Positions 40,118-53,856 are shown, counted from the first letter of the stretch. The stretch is 64,000 nt of DNA from Puniceicoccaceae bacterium (GCA_040830765.1 JBFOMH010000009.1:32001-96000); one strand, 5' to 3'. Notes: generated by a model not told the origin, from the sequence alone. Numbers and translations: made by a program.

Positions 40118-41011
40118 GTGAACGCTGAATACAGACAATCGCTGCCGGACACCCAGAACCGGGACGCCACCGAGATTCTCGGGGCCAACGTCCCGATCAT
40201 GCAGGTGGGCATCTCCAATTTCCGCATCCCCCTTCGCTTCATGACTGCCAAGGGCGAACCCCTCGCCCTCGAAGCCTCCGTCACGGGAACGGTCTCCCTG
40301 TCCGCGGACAAAAAAGGGATCAACATGTCCCGCATCATGCGAGTCTTCTACGAGTTCAAGGACCGTGTTTTTACCCCCGAATTGCTGGAGGAAATCCTTC
40401 TCGCCTACAAGGAACGAATTGGTTCCAGCCGGGCCAGGCTGAAACTCGGTTTCAGCTACCCCATCATCAAGAAGAGCCTCCGCAGTGAAATGGAGGGATA
40501 CCAGTACTACGAATGTGCCTATGAAGGGGAAATCGACGACCTCGGACGGTTCCGGAAGGTGATCCATTTTGACTTTGTCTACAGTTCCGCCTGCCCTTGT
40601 GCTTCCGATCTTTCCGAGCATGCTCGCGAAACCCGTGGCCAGTACGCCATTGCCCATTCCCAGCGCAGCAAGGCCCGTCTCAGTATCGAGGTCCGAAAAG
40701 GCAAGACGCTCACGGTCGAGGACCTGCAAGCCATGTGTGACAGAGCCCTCCTGACGGAGACCCAGGTCATGGTGCGCCGGGAAGACGAGCAGGCCTTTGC
40801 CGAGCTAAATGGAGATCAAACGAAATTCGTCGAGGATGCCGCCCGACTCCTCTATGAGGCGCTGGATGCGGATCCGCGGATATTCGATTTCCAGGTGGCC
40901 TGTGCCCATCTTGAGTCCCTTCACAACCACGACGCGGTTGCCGTTATCAACAAGGGCGTCGACCGGGGCTTCTCCGGACACATCGACGATTTTCGCAGCT
41001 TGATTTGCTAA
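40118..41011 (+). CDS. folE2: GTP cyclohydrolase IB
   Basis: LPD.Q, KGINMSR, SACPC, HSQRS, FVEDAAR and ESLH.HDA motifs. Confidence 0.93.
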   Translation: MNAEYRQSLPDTQNRDATEILGANVPIMQVGISNFRIPLRFMTAKGEPLALEASVTGTVSLSADKKGINMSRIMRVFYEFKDRVFTPELLEEILLAYKERIGSSRARLKLGFSYPIIKKSLRSEMEGYQYYECAYEGEIDDLGRFRKVIHFDFVYSSACPCASDLSEHARETRGQYAIAHSQRSKARLSIEVRKGKTLTVEDLQAMCDRALLTETQVMVRREDEQAFAELNGDQTKFVEDAARLLYEALDADPRIFDFQVACAHLESLHNHDAVAVINKGVDRGFSGHIDDFRSLIC

Positions 41012-41059
41012 AATCCCCGGAAAGGGAATATTCTGCGTTCTGGATTCTCCACCTGATGG

Positions 41060-41605
41060 ATGAAGACGAATAAACGCACTTTCCTTATTTGTACGGCGAC
41101 CCTCGCAGGATTGCTCCTGATGGTCCCCCGCATCATCGCAGATTCAGAACATAGTCCCATGAAAGAAACGGAAAAGGCACCCGAATCGATAGACCAGCCG
41201 GACAAACTCGACTCCAGCGACTGGAAGGAGAAGTTGACTCCGGAACAGTACCATATCCTGCGCAATGCCGGAACAGAGCGACCCAATGGCGCCGTCTATG
41301 ACCAGTTCAAAAAGCAGGGCGCTGGAACCTACTACTGTGCCGGCTGTGGGACAAAGTTGTTTTCCTCCGAGCACAAGTTTGATTCCCGTTGCGGTTGGCC
41401 CTCCTTCTGGGACCCGGCGGCCATCGACAGTGTCAAGCTCCGCGTGGATGACAGTCTTGGCATGCGCCGGGTGGAAGTTGTCTGCGCCAACTGCGAAGGG
41501 CACCTGGGACATGTCTTCGAGGGCGAGGGATTCAATACCCCGACCGACCAGCGCTACTGCATCAATGGGACCGTCCTCGTCTTCGTCCCTGAAGACAAGG
41601 ACTAG
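41060..41605 (+). CDS. msrB: Peptide-methionine (R)-S-oxide reductase with N-terminal signal peptide
   Basis: GTERP, two CxxC pairs, CGWPSF, HLGHVF and RYCIN motifs. Confidence 0.95.
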   Translation: MKTNKRTFLICTATLAGLLLMVPRIIADSEHSPMKETEKAPESIDQPDKLDSSDWKEKLTPEQYHILRNAGTERPNGAVYDQFKKQGAGTYYCAGCGTKLFSSEHKFDSRCGWPSFWDPAAIDSVKLRVDDSLGMRRVEVVCANCEGHLGHVFEGEGFNTPTDQRYCINGTVLVFVPEDKD

Positions 41606-42282
41606 ATATCCCGCGCCGCCCAGCGAGCTGCATTGTAGATGACCTTCTGCACCTGCGGGTGGTGGTATATGGGATAGGTTTCATGCCCCGGGCGAAAGTA
41701 GAAGATCCGCCCCTTGCCGCGCGTCCAGCAATTGCCGCTGCGGAAGACTTCACCTCCCTCGAACCAGGAAACAAAGACCTGCTCCTCCGGGGCGGGAATA
41801 TCGAAGGGCTCGCCGTACATTTCTGTATTCACTAGTTCGATACAGTCATCAATCCCGGCGGCAATCGGATGACCAGGGTTGGCCACCCAGATCCTTTCCT
41901 TTTTCCCGTCCTCCCGCCAACGCAGGGTACATTCCGTCCCCATAAGCGAAATGAAGATTTTCGAGAAGTGGCCCGAATGGAGGACAATCAGTCCCATGCC
42001 CTCAAGGACCCGTTGCCTGACCCGCTCCACGATAACATCATCCACCTCGTGATGCGCCCGGTGTCCCCACCAGAGGAGAACATCGGTCCGGTCAAGCACC
42101 TCCTGCTGCAGCCCGTGCTCAGCCAGGTCCATTGTGGCCGTGTTGACGGACAGCCGGTGATCGGGGTCGTGACTTCGAAGTCCCTCAGCGATGGCATTAT
42201 GGATACCGCCGGGATAGACTTCCTGTACCCGCGAATCGTCCTTCTCATGAAGGTATTCGTTCCAGACCAGTGTGCGTATCAT
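41602..42282 (-). CDS. ThuA (trehalose utilisation) domain protein
   Basis: VWNE..HE, WWGH.AH, LHSGH, EMYGE and RPGHE.YP motifs. Confidence 0.92.
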   Translation of the reverse strand: MIRTLVWNEYLHEKDDSRVQEVYPGGIHNAIAEGLRSHDPDHRLSVNTATMDLAEHGLQQEVLDRTDVLLWWGHRAHHEVDDVIVERVRQRVLEGMGLIVLHSGHFSKIFISLMGTECTLRWREDGKKERIWVANPGHPIAAGIDDCIELVNTEMYGEPFDIPAPEEQVFVSWFEGGEVFRSGNCWTRGKGRIFYFRPGHETYPIYHHPQVQKVIYNAARWAARDI

Positions 42283-44051
42283 GTCCGGTGCTTCATGATT
42301 AGCTTCTGCACACTGTCAAGGGATTGCGTGTTGAAGACATCCCCTGCCGTCAGGCCCGCTTTCCGGGCCGCCTGTACACCGCAGCGCAGATACTCGAGAT
42401 GGTCCGTGTCGTGGGCGTCGGGGGTGATGACACAAGGAACCCCTGCCTCAGCAGCCTGACGCCAGTAGCGCCAGTCCATGTCCATACGCCAGGGATTGGC
42501 GTTGAGTTCGATCATGACCTTGTTGGCGGCGGCCGCCTCAATCACTTGCCGGTGATTGACGGCATAACCTTCACGGCGCAGCAACAGGCGACCGGTAAGG
42601 TGTCCGAGCATCTTCAGGCAGCCAGTATCGGTCTCGATGGCCCGAATAATCCGCCGTGTCATCTCCTCCTCACTCATACCGCTCATTGAGCCATGGACGG
42701 AGAGCACACAGTAATCGAGCTTGGTGGTGATTGACTTCTCGAAGTCGAGGGAACCATCCTTGAGAATATCAACTTCGGAACCAGCAAAGAGGTGGGCCTT
42801 CTCACCTGCTTCCTCATTGAGGACCCGGATCTGTTTGATTTGTTTGAGGAGACGTTCCTCATCAAGTCCGTTAGCCTGAAAACTGGCCTTGGAGTGGTCG
42901 GCGATGCCAATGTAGTCCAGTCCCAGGTCCTTTGCAGCCCGGGCCATTTCCTCAAGCGTGTTGTGTCCGTCCGAAGCCCGGGTGTGGTTGTGAAAGGTGC
43001 CAGTCAGGTCCACATACTCAAGGAGCTCAGGCAAGGAATTCGACTCAGCCAATTCCAACTCGTCCAGACCTTCCCGCATTTCCGGAGTTATGTAGTCCAG
43101 CCCGAGGGCCTTGAAGAGATCCGCCTCCTCCTTGATCCCGGTGCGTGCCAGCGGCCGATCGTAGGGGCGACTGCCCTCGGGTTCCTCCTCGTCCTTGTTG
43201 AAAATCCCCCACTCGGAAAGGGAAAGTCCCTGACTGAGGGCCCGCTGGCGCATCTTGACGTTGTGGTCCTTGGACCCGGTAAAGTGATGCAGGGCAAAGA
43301 CAAAGCGGTCATCGGGAACCACCCTCAGGTCGGCCTGCAAACCGCCATCAAAACGGACCGATGATTTTGTCTCCCCGTGGGCCGTCACCTCCACCACATT
43401 TGGTTGCCGGATGAACCAGTCCATGATCGGACCCGGCTTGGAGGACCCGACAATGAAGTCGAGGTCACCCACCGTTTCCCGGCTGCGACGAAAACTGCCC
43501 GCAACTTCCGCCCGCTCCACCTCGGGCAATGATCGCAGGCCCTCCAGAAGCGGCAAAGCTGTCTCACGCACATCCCACCAGAGGTGCCGCTGGCCATAAG
43601 CAATTCGATTAGCGATTCCACTGAGGATATTTTCTGCCGATTTCTTTCCAAAACCGGGCAACTCGGCGATGGCACCCGATTCACAGGCGGCCTGGAGCTC
43701 ATCAATGGTTTCAATGCCGAGCGACTCATGCACCTTGCGGATCTTCTTCGGTCCGAATCCGGGTATTTCCAGCATCTCAATGAGCCCGTCCGGAATGGAT
43801 TCGCGCAGGTTGTCATAAAAGGGAAGTTCCCCGCTTTCCCGCAGGGTGATGATCTTTTCGGTTAATGCTTTCCCGATTCCCTTGACCTCTCCCAGGCGCT
43901 CTTCCGCGATCAAGGTGTCCAGATCCTCCTCGAGGCTTTCCAAGGCACGGGCGCCCGATTGGTAAGCCCGGACCTTGAACGGGTTTTCCCCGGTCAATTC
44001 AAGCAGGGTACCAATCTCCTCCAGGCGTGAGACAATGTCACGAATTTCCAT
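42279..44051 (-). CDS. polX: DNA polymerase/3'-5' exonuclease PolX with PHP domain
   Basis: GENPFK.RAY, AGS.RR, GDLD, ADLR and FTGSK.HN motifs; PHP motifs HNH and DAH. Confidence 0.94.
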   Translation of the reverse strand: MEIRDIVSRLEEIGTLLELTGENPFKVRAYQSGARALESLEEDLDTLIAEERLGEVKGIGKALTEKIITLRESGELPFYDNLRESIPDGLIEMLEIPGFGPKKIRKVHESLGIETIDELQAACESGAIAELPGFGKKSAENILSGIANRIAYGQRHLWWDVRETALPLLEGLRSLPEVERAEVAGSFRRSRETVGDLDFIVGSSKPGPIMDWFIRQPNVVEVTAHGETKSSVRFDGGLQADLRVVPDDRFVFALHHFTGSKDHNVKMRQRALSQGLSLSEWGIFNKDEEEPEGSRPYDRPLARTGIKEEADLFKALGLDYITPEMREGLDELELAESNSLPELLEYVDLTGTFHNHTRASDGHNTLEEMARAAKDLGLDYIGIADHSKASFQANGLDEERLLKQIKQIRVLNEEAGEKAHLFAGSEVDILKDGSLDFEKSITTKLDYCVLSVHGSMSGMSEEEMTRRIIRAIETDTGCLKMLGHLTGRLLLRREGYAVNHRQVIEAAAANKVMIELNANPWRMDMDWRYWRQAAEAGVPCVITPDAHDTDHLEYLRCGVQAARKAGLTAGDVFNTQSLDSVQKLIMKHRT

Positions 44052-44095
44052 GGCTCCAATAATGACCACATTTCGGCCATCGGCAAGGGCAGGCT

Positions 44096-45805
44096 TTAAT
44101 CAAGCTCCCGTTGACGGCGCCAGGCAGAAAGGATGTCCTTCAGGAAGGCCCCGCATCCGGGCGGGACATGGCCGCGATCATGGTTTTCAGCGGCAATTGC
44201 AAAGGCGGTTCGCCACTGGGTTCGCAAGGTCCGGGTAGCGCAACGGAGGCTGTTGCGCGGATCGTAGATATGGGTCTCTTCAGAGGTCAGGCCGTTCAAT
44301 TCAATGACGCTCAGGTTCTTTCCGGCCAGCAGTGATGCCTCGTCTGGAACCTTAATATCAAAACGGCCGAAGTAGAAACCTTCATAGGACTGGGCGATGG
44401 CCTCCACCCGCGCGCTCAAGGCATCCGTGATGAAGTGCTGTCCATCGAGGAAAAGCGAGCCACGGGCATGGGTCCCCAGTTGGCCCAATCGGAAAACCTT
44501 GCCTTCAGGAAGGACCGTGTCGAGTTCCTCATCAAAACGGGCAAGGAAGACATCCAGCAAGGCAACAGCCCGTGGATGGGCATGGATAAGGTCCTCGATA
44601 GAATCTTCGCCATTCCCCGTAACGGTCAGCTGATCCTTGATCGTGATGGAGGTGACCCGGCCACGGACTTCCGACGGAAACCGGACGTAGAAAATACCGT
44701 ACTCTGGACCGGGAACATAGGCTTGTAGGATCGCCGGGGCTGCCGTTTTCGACAGCCAATCCCAGGCCTCCGTGTCATTCAGGATGATGCTGACGCCGTC
44801 ACCTCGTTGCCCTTCATCCGGCTTCAGGACAACAGGATAGTCAAGTGCCAGCTCCTCCATGGCACGGTCGAAAGCCTGCCGGCGTTCCTCCTCGCTTCCG
44901 GACTCGATACGGCGCCATTTAGGAATGGCTTCCCCCGCAGCGGAGAGACCCTCGAGAATGCTGCTCTTGCTTTCTCCGAGGAATCCCCCGTGTGGCATAC
45001 TGGGATTGACCACCGTAAACAGGGTCGGTCGCCGGTAGCGGACAAACCCAAGATAGAGGATATAGGGAATCACCAGGGCGTAGACCTGCCACCAGGGCCA
45101 GAATTCCCAGCGGGTCGCCCGAAGCCATTTCCCCTTGAGACGCCGGCGTCCTTTCCACGTGAGGAGTGGCATGCCGTAATGAAATATTAAGTACAGAAGA
45201 AGGCCAGTGGCAAGGAGAGCGGGTATGACCAGAGCCTCAAAGACTTCATATAATTCCAGCAGCTCCCTGCCGATGATGAAGCTGAGTCCGACAAGCAGCG
45301 GCGTCCACAGGGCGGCCGCAAAGGCAAAGACCCCCAGGAACCTGAGGAAGGGGGCATGGAGGGCACCGGCAGCGAAGTAAGTCGCCGTTCGAGTCCCCGG
45401 AATGAACCGGGTTGCCAGGATGAGCCAGACACCGTGGCGCTGGAACATATGCTGGGCATGCAGGACAGCCTTCCTGGAGATAAACCAGCGGGCCCAGCGG
45501 TGCTCAAGGAGGGGACGCCCAAAGTGAAAGCCGAGCCAATAAATGAGGAGGTCCCCGAGGAATATCCCGAGGAAACTGGCCATGACTGCCGAAGCGAAAG
45601 CCAGTTGGCCCGATGCGGCCAGCAACCCGGCACTGATGCAAGCCAGGTCCTCGGAAACAAGTGTTCCCAAGGCAATGCCCAGCATTGTTAACAGTTCCGC
45701 CTGGATCGATTCCATTGAACCGCCTCCCGGTTCAGCGGCCATGGCCAATGCCGCGGTGCTCAAAAAGGTCACCAGCAACAGCAAGGGCTCACGTTTATTC
45801 CGCAT
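44096..45805 (-). CDS. DedA/VTT membrane domain fused to an ATP-grasp ligase domain
   Basis: DedA: SEDL, GD..IY.LG, RFIPG.R. ATP-grasp: [27 protein letters not shown]. Confidence 0.88.
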   Translation of the reverse strand: MRNKREPLLLLVTFLSTAALAMAAEPGGGSMESIQAELLTMLGIALGTLVSEDLACISAGLLAASGQLAFASAVMASFLGIFLGDLLIYWLGFHFGRPLLEHRWARWFISRKAVLHAQHMFQRHGVWLILATRFIPGTRTATYFAAGALHAPFLRFLGVFAFAAALWTPLLVGLSFIIGRELLELYEVFEALVIPALLATGLLLYLIFHYGMPLLTWKGRRRLKGKWLRATRWEFWPWWQVYALVIPYILYLGFVRYRRPTLFTVVNPSMPHGGFLGESKSSILEGLSAAGEAIPKWRRIESGSEEERRQAFDRAMEELALDYPVVLKPDEGQRGDGVSIILNDTEAWDWLSKTAAPAILQAYVPGPEYGIFYVRFPSEVRGRVTSITIKDQLTVTGNGEDSIEDLIHAHPRAVALLDVFLARFDEELDTVLPEGKVFRLGQLGTHARGSLFLDGQHFITDALSARVEAIAQSYEGFYFGRFDIKVPDEASLLAGKNLSVIELNGLTSEETHIYDPRNSLRCATRTLRTQWRTAFAIAAENHDRGHVPPGCGAFLKDILSAWRRQRELD

Positions 45806-46526
45806 ATGGTGGCTCGCGGTGATGGGTTATCTCGACCGGCTCCCTGTACCCCTGCCCTTCGGGTTCCCGGGCACGATAGGTAAACCGGATAGTCCCAGTG
45901 CTGATGAGGAGCTCGATCTGGCTCAGGGTCCTGGCATCGGGACGATCCATGGTCAGGCCATGGGACGGCTTCCCGGGATGGGTACGACGCATAAGTCCGG
46001 CCATGTCCAAAGGTGTTCCGCCAGCGGCATGAAATTGCTCATTCCACCACTGCCGCCTCCATGCGGTGATTGCTTCCGGCTGATGGGATGAAGTGGTCCA
46101 AAAGTCATTTGAGGGATTAATTCGATGCATTTGCTTCCCATCCCACTCAATGCCGAGAACCGCCTCCGGATCCAGAATGAAGAGGAAAAAAGGCGCGTAA
46201 CTACTGAAATCTTCTTCCTCCAACCAAACAGCCGCTTCCTGTGCAGCCATTGACGCCACCTTTAAAACAAGTTCTCCGCGGCTTCGGTATGAATCAGAGG
46301 GATCCATCGCGGAACCTGGGTAGTTATTCAGCAAGGCCACGGCAAAGCCACGGGTGGAGGCCGCAAACCAGGTCCCCCCACCCTGAGGATCGCACGCATA
46401 AATCAGGGGAACCGGATCAGCCGGGTGCAAGCGCGGGTCTTCAGCCAGCGGCCGGGAGCGCTGTTCATCGCGGTTGAAGCAGATCAGGAATCCCGCTTCG
46501 GCCTCTCCCCAAGCCAGAGTGCACAT
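45795..46526 (-). CDS. NRDE family protein (TANGO2-like, Ntn-hydrolase fold)
   Basis: MCT N-terminus, literal NRDE motif, GGTW, LLN, SRG.LV and PF motifs. Confidence 0.92.
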   Translation of the reverse strand: MCTLAWGEAEAGFLICFNRDEQRSRPLAEDPRLHPADPVPLIYACDPQGGGTWFAASTRGFAVALLNNYPGSAMDPSDSYRSRGELVLKVASMAAQEAAVWLEEEDFSSYAPFFLFILDPEAVLGIEWDGKQMHRINPSNDFWTTSSHQPEAITAWRRQWWNEQFHAAGGTPLDMAGLMRRTHPGKPSHGLTMDRPDARTLSQIELLISTGTIRFTYRAREPEGQGYREPVEITHHREPPYAE

Positions 46527-46529
46527 CCT

Positions 46530-47039
46530 TCAAGCACCCTTCTTTTCCAGATAATGAATCGTCGAAGGGGCAACGCCAAAGCCTTCCGGAAAGTCGCGGA
46601 CCCCAAACCGGGTCGCGATGGAAACAACAAGGGCATAGTGATGAATGCTGTGGCTGAGAAGGAACTGCAGCTCGCGACGCAATGTAGTCTGGCTCCATGT
46701 GGAATCCCCACCATCGTCCATCCGTATCTTCAGGGGACTGTCCAGTACGCTTGTTCGCATCGATTCAAGCTTATCCACCAATTCCTGCAAAACGCCAATG
46801 GCTGCTTCTCGATCCACCTCAATCGCCTCATCCCGCTGGCGGTCATCGTAGTCGACCTTCCCGGTTGGCTGCCCGCTGACGAAAGCCAGGTAATGGTCCA
46901 GGTTATGCCGCAGATGGCCGCCGATGGAACTGTTGAAAAGTTCCGGACACTTTCGGGAATAGAGCTCGGCCGGGAGTTTCTGCAGAAATTCGATGCCCTG
47001 CCCGAGGCAAGCCAGGTTGGCGTCAATTAAGGTGTTCAT
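46530..47039 (-). CDS. DinB family protein
   Basis: SIGGHLRH, YD.R.R and REL.FL.SH.IHH.A His-triad motifs; start placed at ATG 47039. Confidence 0.88.
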   Translation of the reverse strand: MNTLIDANLACLGQGIEFLQKLPAELYSRKCPELFNSSIGGHLRHNLDHYLAFVSGQPTGKVDYDDRQRDEAIEVDREAAIGVLQELVDKLESMRTSVLDSPLKIRMDDGGDSTWSQTTLRRELQFLLSHSIHHYALVVSIATRFGVRDFPEGFGVAPSTIHYLEKKGA

Positions 47040-47156
47040 TGGCGGGTATGAGGGAACAGTTAAGCGATCCATTCCCATGAAATCAACCTTCGAAGCTTCC
47101 ACCATACCCCCTTGCCATTTGCCGCAATTGCAATTTTATTCCCCCTTTTCAAGACA

Positions 47157-48266
47157 ATGCCCGAAAATCCATTTGATAGTGTTGAGGCGGCCATCGATGA
47201 CATCGCCGCCGGGAAACTGGTTATCGTGGTCGATGACGAGGATCGTGAAAATGAGGGTGACCTCATCATGGCTGCCTCCAAAGCGACCCCGGAGACCGTA
47301 AACATGATGATCCGCCATGGACGTGGACTCATTTGTGTTCCCACAGTGGAGCACCAGCTGAAACGCCTTGGCCTCAATCCGATGGTTGCCAACAACCGGG
47401 AGAGCCACCGCACGGACTTCACCGTCTCGGTCGATGCTGCGGAAGGAGTGACCACCGGGATCAGCGCCGCCGACCGCTGCGAGGCAATTCGGGTTATTGC
47501 TGATCCGGATTCAACCGCTGACCTGCTCGTCCAACCGGGTCATGTCTTTCCCCTGCGCTCGCGTCCCGGAGGTGTTCTTCAACGGGCCGGTCACACGGAA
47601 GCTGCCGTCGACCTCGCGGTCCTTGCCGGCCTGCCCCCGGCTGGCGTCCTTTGTGAAATCCTTAATGAGGACGGTTCCATGGCCCGGCTGCCACAGCTCA
47701 TTGAGTACCGCCAGGAATTCAATTTGAAGCTGATTTCCATCAAGCAACTCATTGAATACCGCCACAACCGGGAGAAGCTTGTTGACCAAATCCTCAGCCA
47801 GCCGTTCAGCAATGCCTATGGGGACTGGACCCTCCACCTCTTTCGCTCCTTGACGGACCATCGCATCCACTTCGCCCTCACCATGGGTGACCTTGATGAC
47901 CAGCCCACCCTTGTCCGGGTCCAGTCCGAGAATATCCTCAGCGATGTCTTTGACAGCCACTCACCGGGCCAGAATCGCACCATCGATGTCGCCCTCAAGC
48001 ATATCGCAAGGGAGGGCAAAGGCGCATTCGTCTATATGACGCATTCCTGTTCCGGCCTGCAGGTACCTCAGGAAACCGGTGCAGACTCCGACTCCTGCAG
48101 CCTGGAGCCCATCAGCATGGACTTCCGCGGCTACGGTCTCGGAGCCCAGATCCTCTATGCCCTCGGCCTCCGCAGTATCCGCCTTCTCTCCTCTTCACAG
48201 CGCCGTCACGTCGCTCTCGACGGCTACGGACTCCATATCGATTCCTTCGTCACGCCTGAGGATTGA
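47157..48266 (+). CDS. ribB: 3,4-dihydroxy-2-butanone-4-phosphate synthase fused to a degenerate GTP cyclohydrolase II domain (RibBX type)
   Basis: DDEDRENEGD, TGISA.DR, PGHVFPL and RAGHTEA motifs; the C-domain lacks the Zn-binding Cys residues. Confidence 0.92.
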   Translation: MPENPFDSVEAAIDDIAAGKLVIVVDDEDRENEGDLIMAASKATPETVNMMIRHGRGLICVPTVEHQLKRLGLNPMVANNRESHRTDFTVSVDAAEGVTTGISAADRCEAIRVIADPDSTADLLVQPGHVFPLRSRPGGVLQRAGHTEAAVDLAVLAGLPPAGVLCEILNEDGSMARLPQLIEYRQEFNLKLISIKQLIEYRHNREKLVDQILSQPFSNAYGDWTLHLFRSLTDHRIHFALTMGDLDDQPTLVRVQSENILSDVFDSHSPGQNRTIDVALKHIAREGKGAFVYMTHSCSGLQVPQETGADSDSCSLEPISMDFRGYGLGAQILYALGLRSIRLLSSSQRRHVALDGYGLHIDSFVTPED

Positions 48267-48409
48267 CCGTTTATCCGGTTTATTGACCAGTTAACCTTCA
48301 AAACTGAAAAAATCCGATTCCTCAGTTGACGAATTACCAAAATTCAAGATGATATTACTCGAATCAGTTAATGATTCATACATTTTTGGGGTATTAGTAT
48401 AAGAGCTGG

Positions 48410-49876
<1,467 letters not shown>

Positions 49877-49901
49877 GGCAACAGCCATCCTCTTTTGCCA
49901 C

Positions 49902-49934
49902 AAGGCCGCCCAAAAAAGTGGGCGGCCTTTTTTT
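49902..49934 (+). terminator. Rho-independent terminator after metY
   Basis: AAGGCCGCCCA-aaaaag-TGGGCGGCCTT followed by a T run. Confidence 0.85.
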
Positions 49935-50182
49935 GTTTTCCGGCCTCCGGCAGGCACTTATGAGGAAATTTGATAACTATAATAATTTCCTCCCCATAAG
50001 GCATAATTCCTAAGCTGCTTTGCTACCGCCGTATATTACCCCTGCCACCATGCCCAATTTCCATGTCCCTCATAAAGTGAAACTGGGGGAAATCCTTATT
50101 TTTTGCTTGTCGGGACCTCCCCGATTAATATTTATTAGACCCGTTCACGAAACGAAACAACTCCATCCCTACGAAAAGGCTC

Positions 50183-51079
50183 ATGAAAATGAAATTATCA
50201 CTCATCCTCACGGCATGCACGCTGCCCATCGCATTAAGCGCTCAAACTGTTTTCAATGACAGCTGGGCAGACGGTTCCCTTGCAGCAACCGAGGGCACGG
50301 ACATTCCCTGGTACACAACCACCTCGACGAGCGCACTTGAAGTCGGGACAGGATTCATGGGCCTGGTCAGTGGCTCTTCCGGACGGGGCATCCACGGGCT
50401 CTACACACCAACCGCCCTGAATGTTGGTGACAGCCTGACCTTGACCTACACCTTTACAACCCCGGCAACCATTGGAACCAGCCGCTCCGACGCATTGCGT
50501 GTCAGCCTGGCTAATTCACTGGGCCGGGCCATCGACAGCAACCAGACCCTCTCATCCGGTAGCCCGAACTTCCTCTTCGATGATTTACCCGCCTACATGT
50601 CTTCCTTCGACATTGCAACGGGAACAGAAGATGTCCGGATCCTCCGCCACCGGGAAGACCCGCTGATTGACGATGGTCGCTTCATGAGCACGACCGGTGA
50701 GTGGAACACTCTGGACGACAGTGCCAATGATGGCTACTCCTTTGCCGCTGCAACCGAATATGTCGGTGTCCTCACCATCACCCGTTCCGGGGCTGACGAA
50801 ATGACCATTTTCAGTTCCATGTCCCAGGGAGCAACCCTGATGGCCAGCTTCTCGGCTGTCGACGGAACGGGTTCTATTCCGACGACGTTTGACATGCTCG
50901 GTTTTCAGGTGAATTCCAACACCTTCGGTACCAGTAACTCACCGGATACCGCAGATAACGGAATCGACTTCACCAACATCAACCTGGTTTACACACCGGT
51001 ACCGGAACCGTCGACCTACGTCTTCCTCTTCGGTGCGCTGGCCTTTGTGCTCGTGTTCCTGCGCCGCCGCAGAAGTTGA
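50183..51079 (+). CDS. PEP-CTERM sorting-domain surface protein
   Basis: Signal peptide; Ser/Thr/Asp-rich body; C-terminal VPEPSTY + TM helix + RRRRS. Confidence 0.95.
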   Translation: MKMKLSLILTACTLPIALSAQTVFNDSWADGSLAATEGTDIPWYTTTSTSALEVGTGFMGLVSGSSGRGIHGLYTPTALNVGDSLTLTYTFTTPATIGTSRSDALRVSLANSLGRAIDSNQTLSSGSPNFLFDDLPAYMSSFDIATGTEDVRILRHREDPLIDDGRFMSTTGEWNTLDDSANDGYSFAAATEYVGVLTITRSGADEMTIFSSMSQGATLMASFSAVDGTGSIPTTFDMLGFQVNSNTFGTSNSPDTADNGIDFTNINLVYTPVPEPSTYVFLFGALAFVLVFLRRRRS

Positions 51080-51097
51080 TTATAATTTCATCCTATG

Positions 51098-51136
51098 AAA
51101 AAGGAGCCCGGTCGACATGGCCGGGCTTCTTTTTTT
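51098..51136 (+). terminator. Rho-independent terminator
   Basis: AGGAGCCCGGTC-gacat-GGCCGGGCTTCT followed by a T run. Confidence 0.85.
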
Positions 51137-51211
51137 GCCAACTCGGCTGGAACCGTTCAGCGCCACCCTGAGGATTGACCCCGGGACTGAATGGGTATTG
51201 ATTGGGACACT

Positions 51212-52260
<1,049 letters not shown>

Positions 52261-52264
<4 letters not shown>

Positions 52265-53649
52265 ACGGCCCCGGGCTCCCTCCGCCCCGGGAACTGGAAG
52301 GCAACCTGAGACGATTCATCCGGTTCCGTCTCTTCTTCAACGCCCGTTTTTACTACCCCGTCTTCACGATCCTTTTCCTCGATTACGGACTGACCCTTGA
52401 GCAATTTTCCATCCTCAATCTCGCTTGGGCCCTGACCATCGTCTTCGCTGAAGTCCCCTCTGGGGCAATGGCTGATATCATCGGGAGAAAACGCCTTTTG
52501 GTATTCGCTTCCATCCTCATGTTCATCGAGATGGGCCTGCTGGTCATCGTGCCTATCGGCACATCCCCGGTGCTCTTCCTGGTTTTTCTGATCAACCGGA
52601 TTTGCTCGGGACTTGCTGAGGCGGCAGCCAGTGGGGCGGATGAGGCACTGGCTTATGATTCCCTGAAAGCACTCGACCGGGAAGATGACTGGGCGGGCCT
52701 GCTCGAAAAGACCACCCGAGTCATGTCGATCGGTTTCTTTGTGACCATGATTATCGGTGCCTTCTGTTATGATCCAAAGGTCGTCAATACGGTTCTTGGA
52801 TTCTTCAACGACCAGTGGTCTCTGCCGCCGGAAACGATTATCCGTCTCCCAATCATCCTGACCTTGGGTACCTCCTTCATCGTTTTATGGACGACCGTCC
52901 GCATGCGCGAAATCGAGCTTCCTGAAGAGAAGAACGGCGAAGCGGTTGATCAGAGCAAGTCTCTCTGGCAATCGATCGCCCAACCCTTTAAACAGGTCAT
53001 CCAGGCGGCTGGCTGGACGCTCAATCATCGCTTCGTCTTGTTTGTCATCCTGGCTGCCCTGGCCCTGGATAGCGTCGGCCGCCAATTCGTCATTCTGGCT
53101 AGCGAGTACTACCGCATCATCCATATCCCGCCAGCGTGGTTTGGATTTATCGGGGCTGGCATGGCCTTGCTGGGTCTGGTTATTGCACGCATCTCCCGGT
53201 ACCTGGTGACACATCACTCACCCATCTTCAACTTCCTCATCCTTTCCGCTATCCTCATGGTCGGGCTCATCGGAATCATGTTCACCATTCCATGGTTCGG
53301 TGTCCTCTTTGCCATCTGTGCCTTCTCCATGATGGGCATGGTCAATTACCAGTCCAGTTTCTACCTCAACCGGGAAGTCGATTCCAGTAGACGGGCAACC
53401 GTTCTCAGCTTCCGTGGACTGGCGTTGAACCTCGGTCTCGGCCTGGCCAGTCTCCTCTATACCGGACTCATCGCAGTCATGAAGGCAGGGGAAGAAGGGA
53501 ATCTCTCTCCGGAAGAGCTGCAAGAGCACGTTTTTGTCGGTTCCTTAAGGGCATTTCCAGTCTACTTCCTGGTGCTCTTTTTCCTCATTCTCATCCTTGG
53601 AAAACTGTTCATCCGGCGAGCTTCAATCTGCTCCGAGGTTCCTCAGTAA
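52261..53649 (+). CDS. MFS transporter
   Basis: EVPSG.MAD.IGRK, SGAD.AL.YDSL and RATVLS motifs; about 12 TM segments. Confidence 0.9.
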
Positions 53650-53808
53650 GGTCCGGATAACCGGTTCCGTTCGAGTCCGTTTGTGAACAGGCTGGTGAAT
53701 AAGATTTGAATATCTCCAGCTTGTCATTTCTGGAAGCATGTGAGGGGATGAAAGCAGCCCCCCTCGTATCCCTTAAAAAAGTTTGCTTTTGGCACTTCAA
53801 ATTCGTTG

Positions 53809-53856
53809 ACACCATATATAGGGCTGTATTTCTCTTGATACCCCAATATGTTGGGG
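53809..53856 (+). promoter_or_regulatory. Tandem NrdR boxes overlapping the nrdB promoter
   Basis: ACACCATATATAGGGC (53809-53824) and CCCCAATATGTTGGGG (53841-53856), 32 bp apart start to start; match the acaCwAtATaTwGtg consensus; TTGACA at 53806. Confidence 0.88.

Noticed and set aside
42279..44051. Catalytically altered PolX
   Set aside because: The GDLD and ADLR aspartates are intact, so it looks canonical. Its position after the DinB-NRDE operon may be incidental.
47040..47156. FMN riboswitch upstream of ribB
   Set aside because: The spacer is only 117 bp, is shared with a divergent gene and has no RFN consensus.
53669..53678. tRNA T-loop-like GTTCGAGTCC
   Set aside because: The flanks do not form a T stem, and no acceptor, D or anticodon arms are present.
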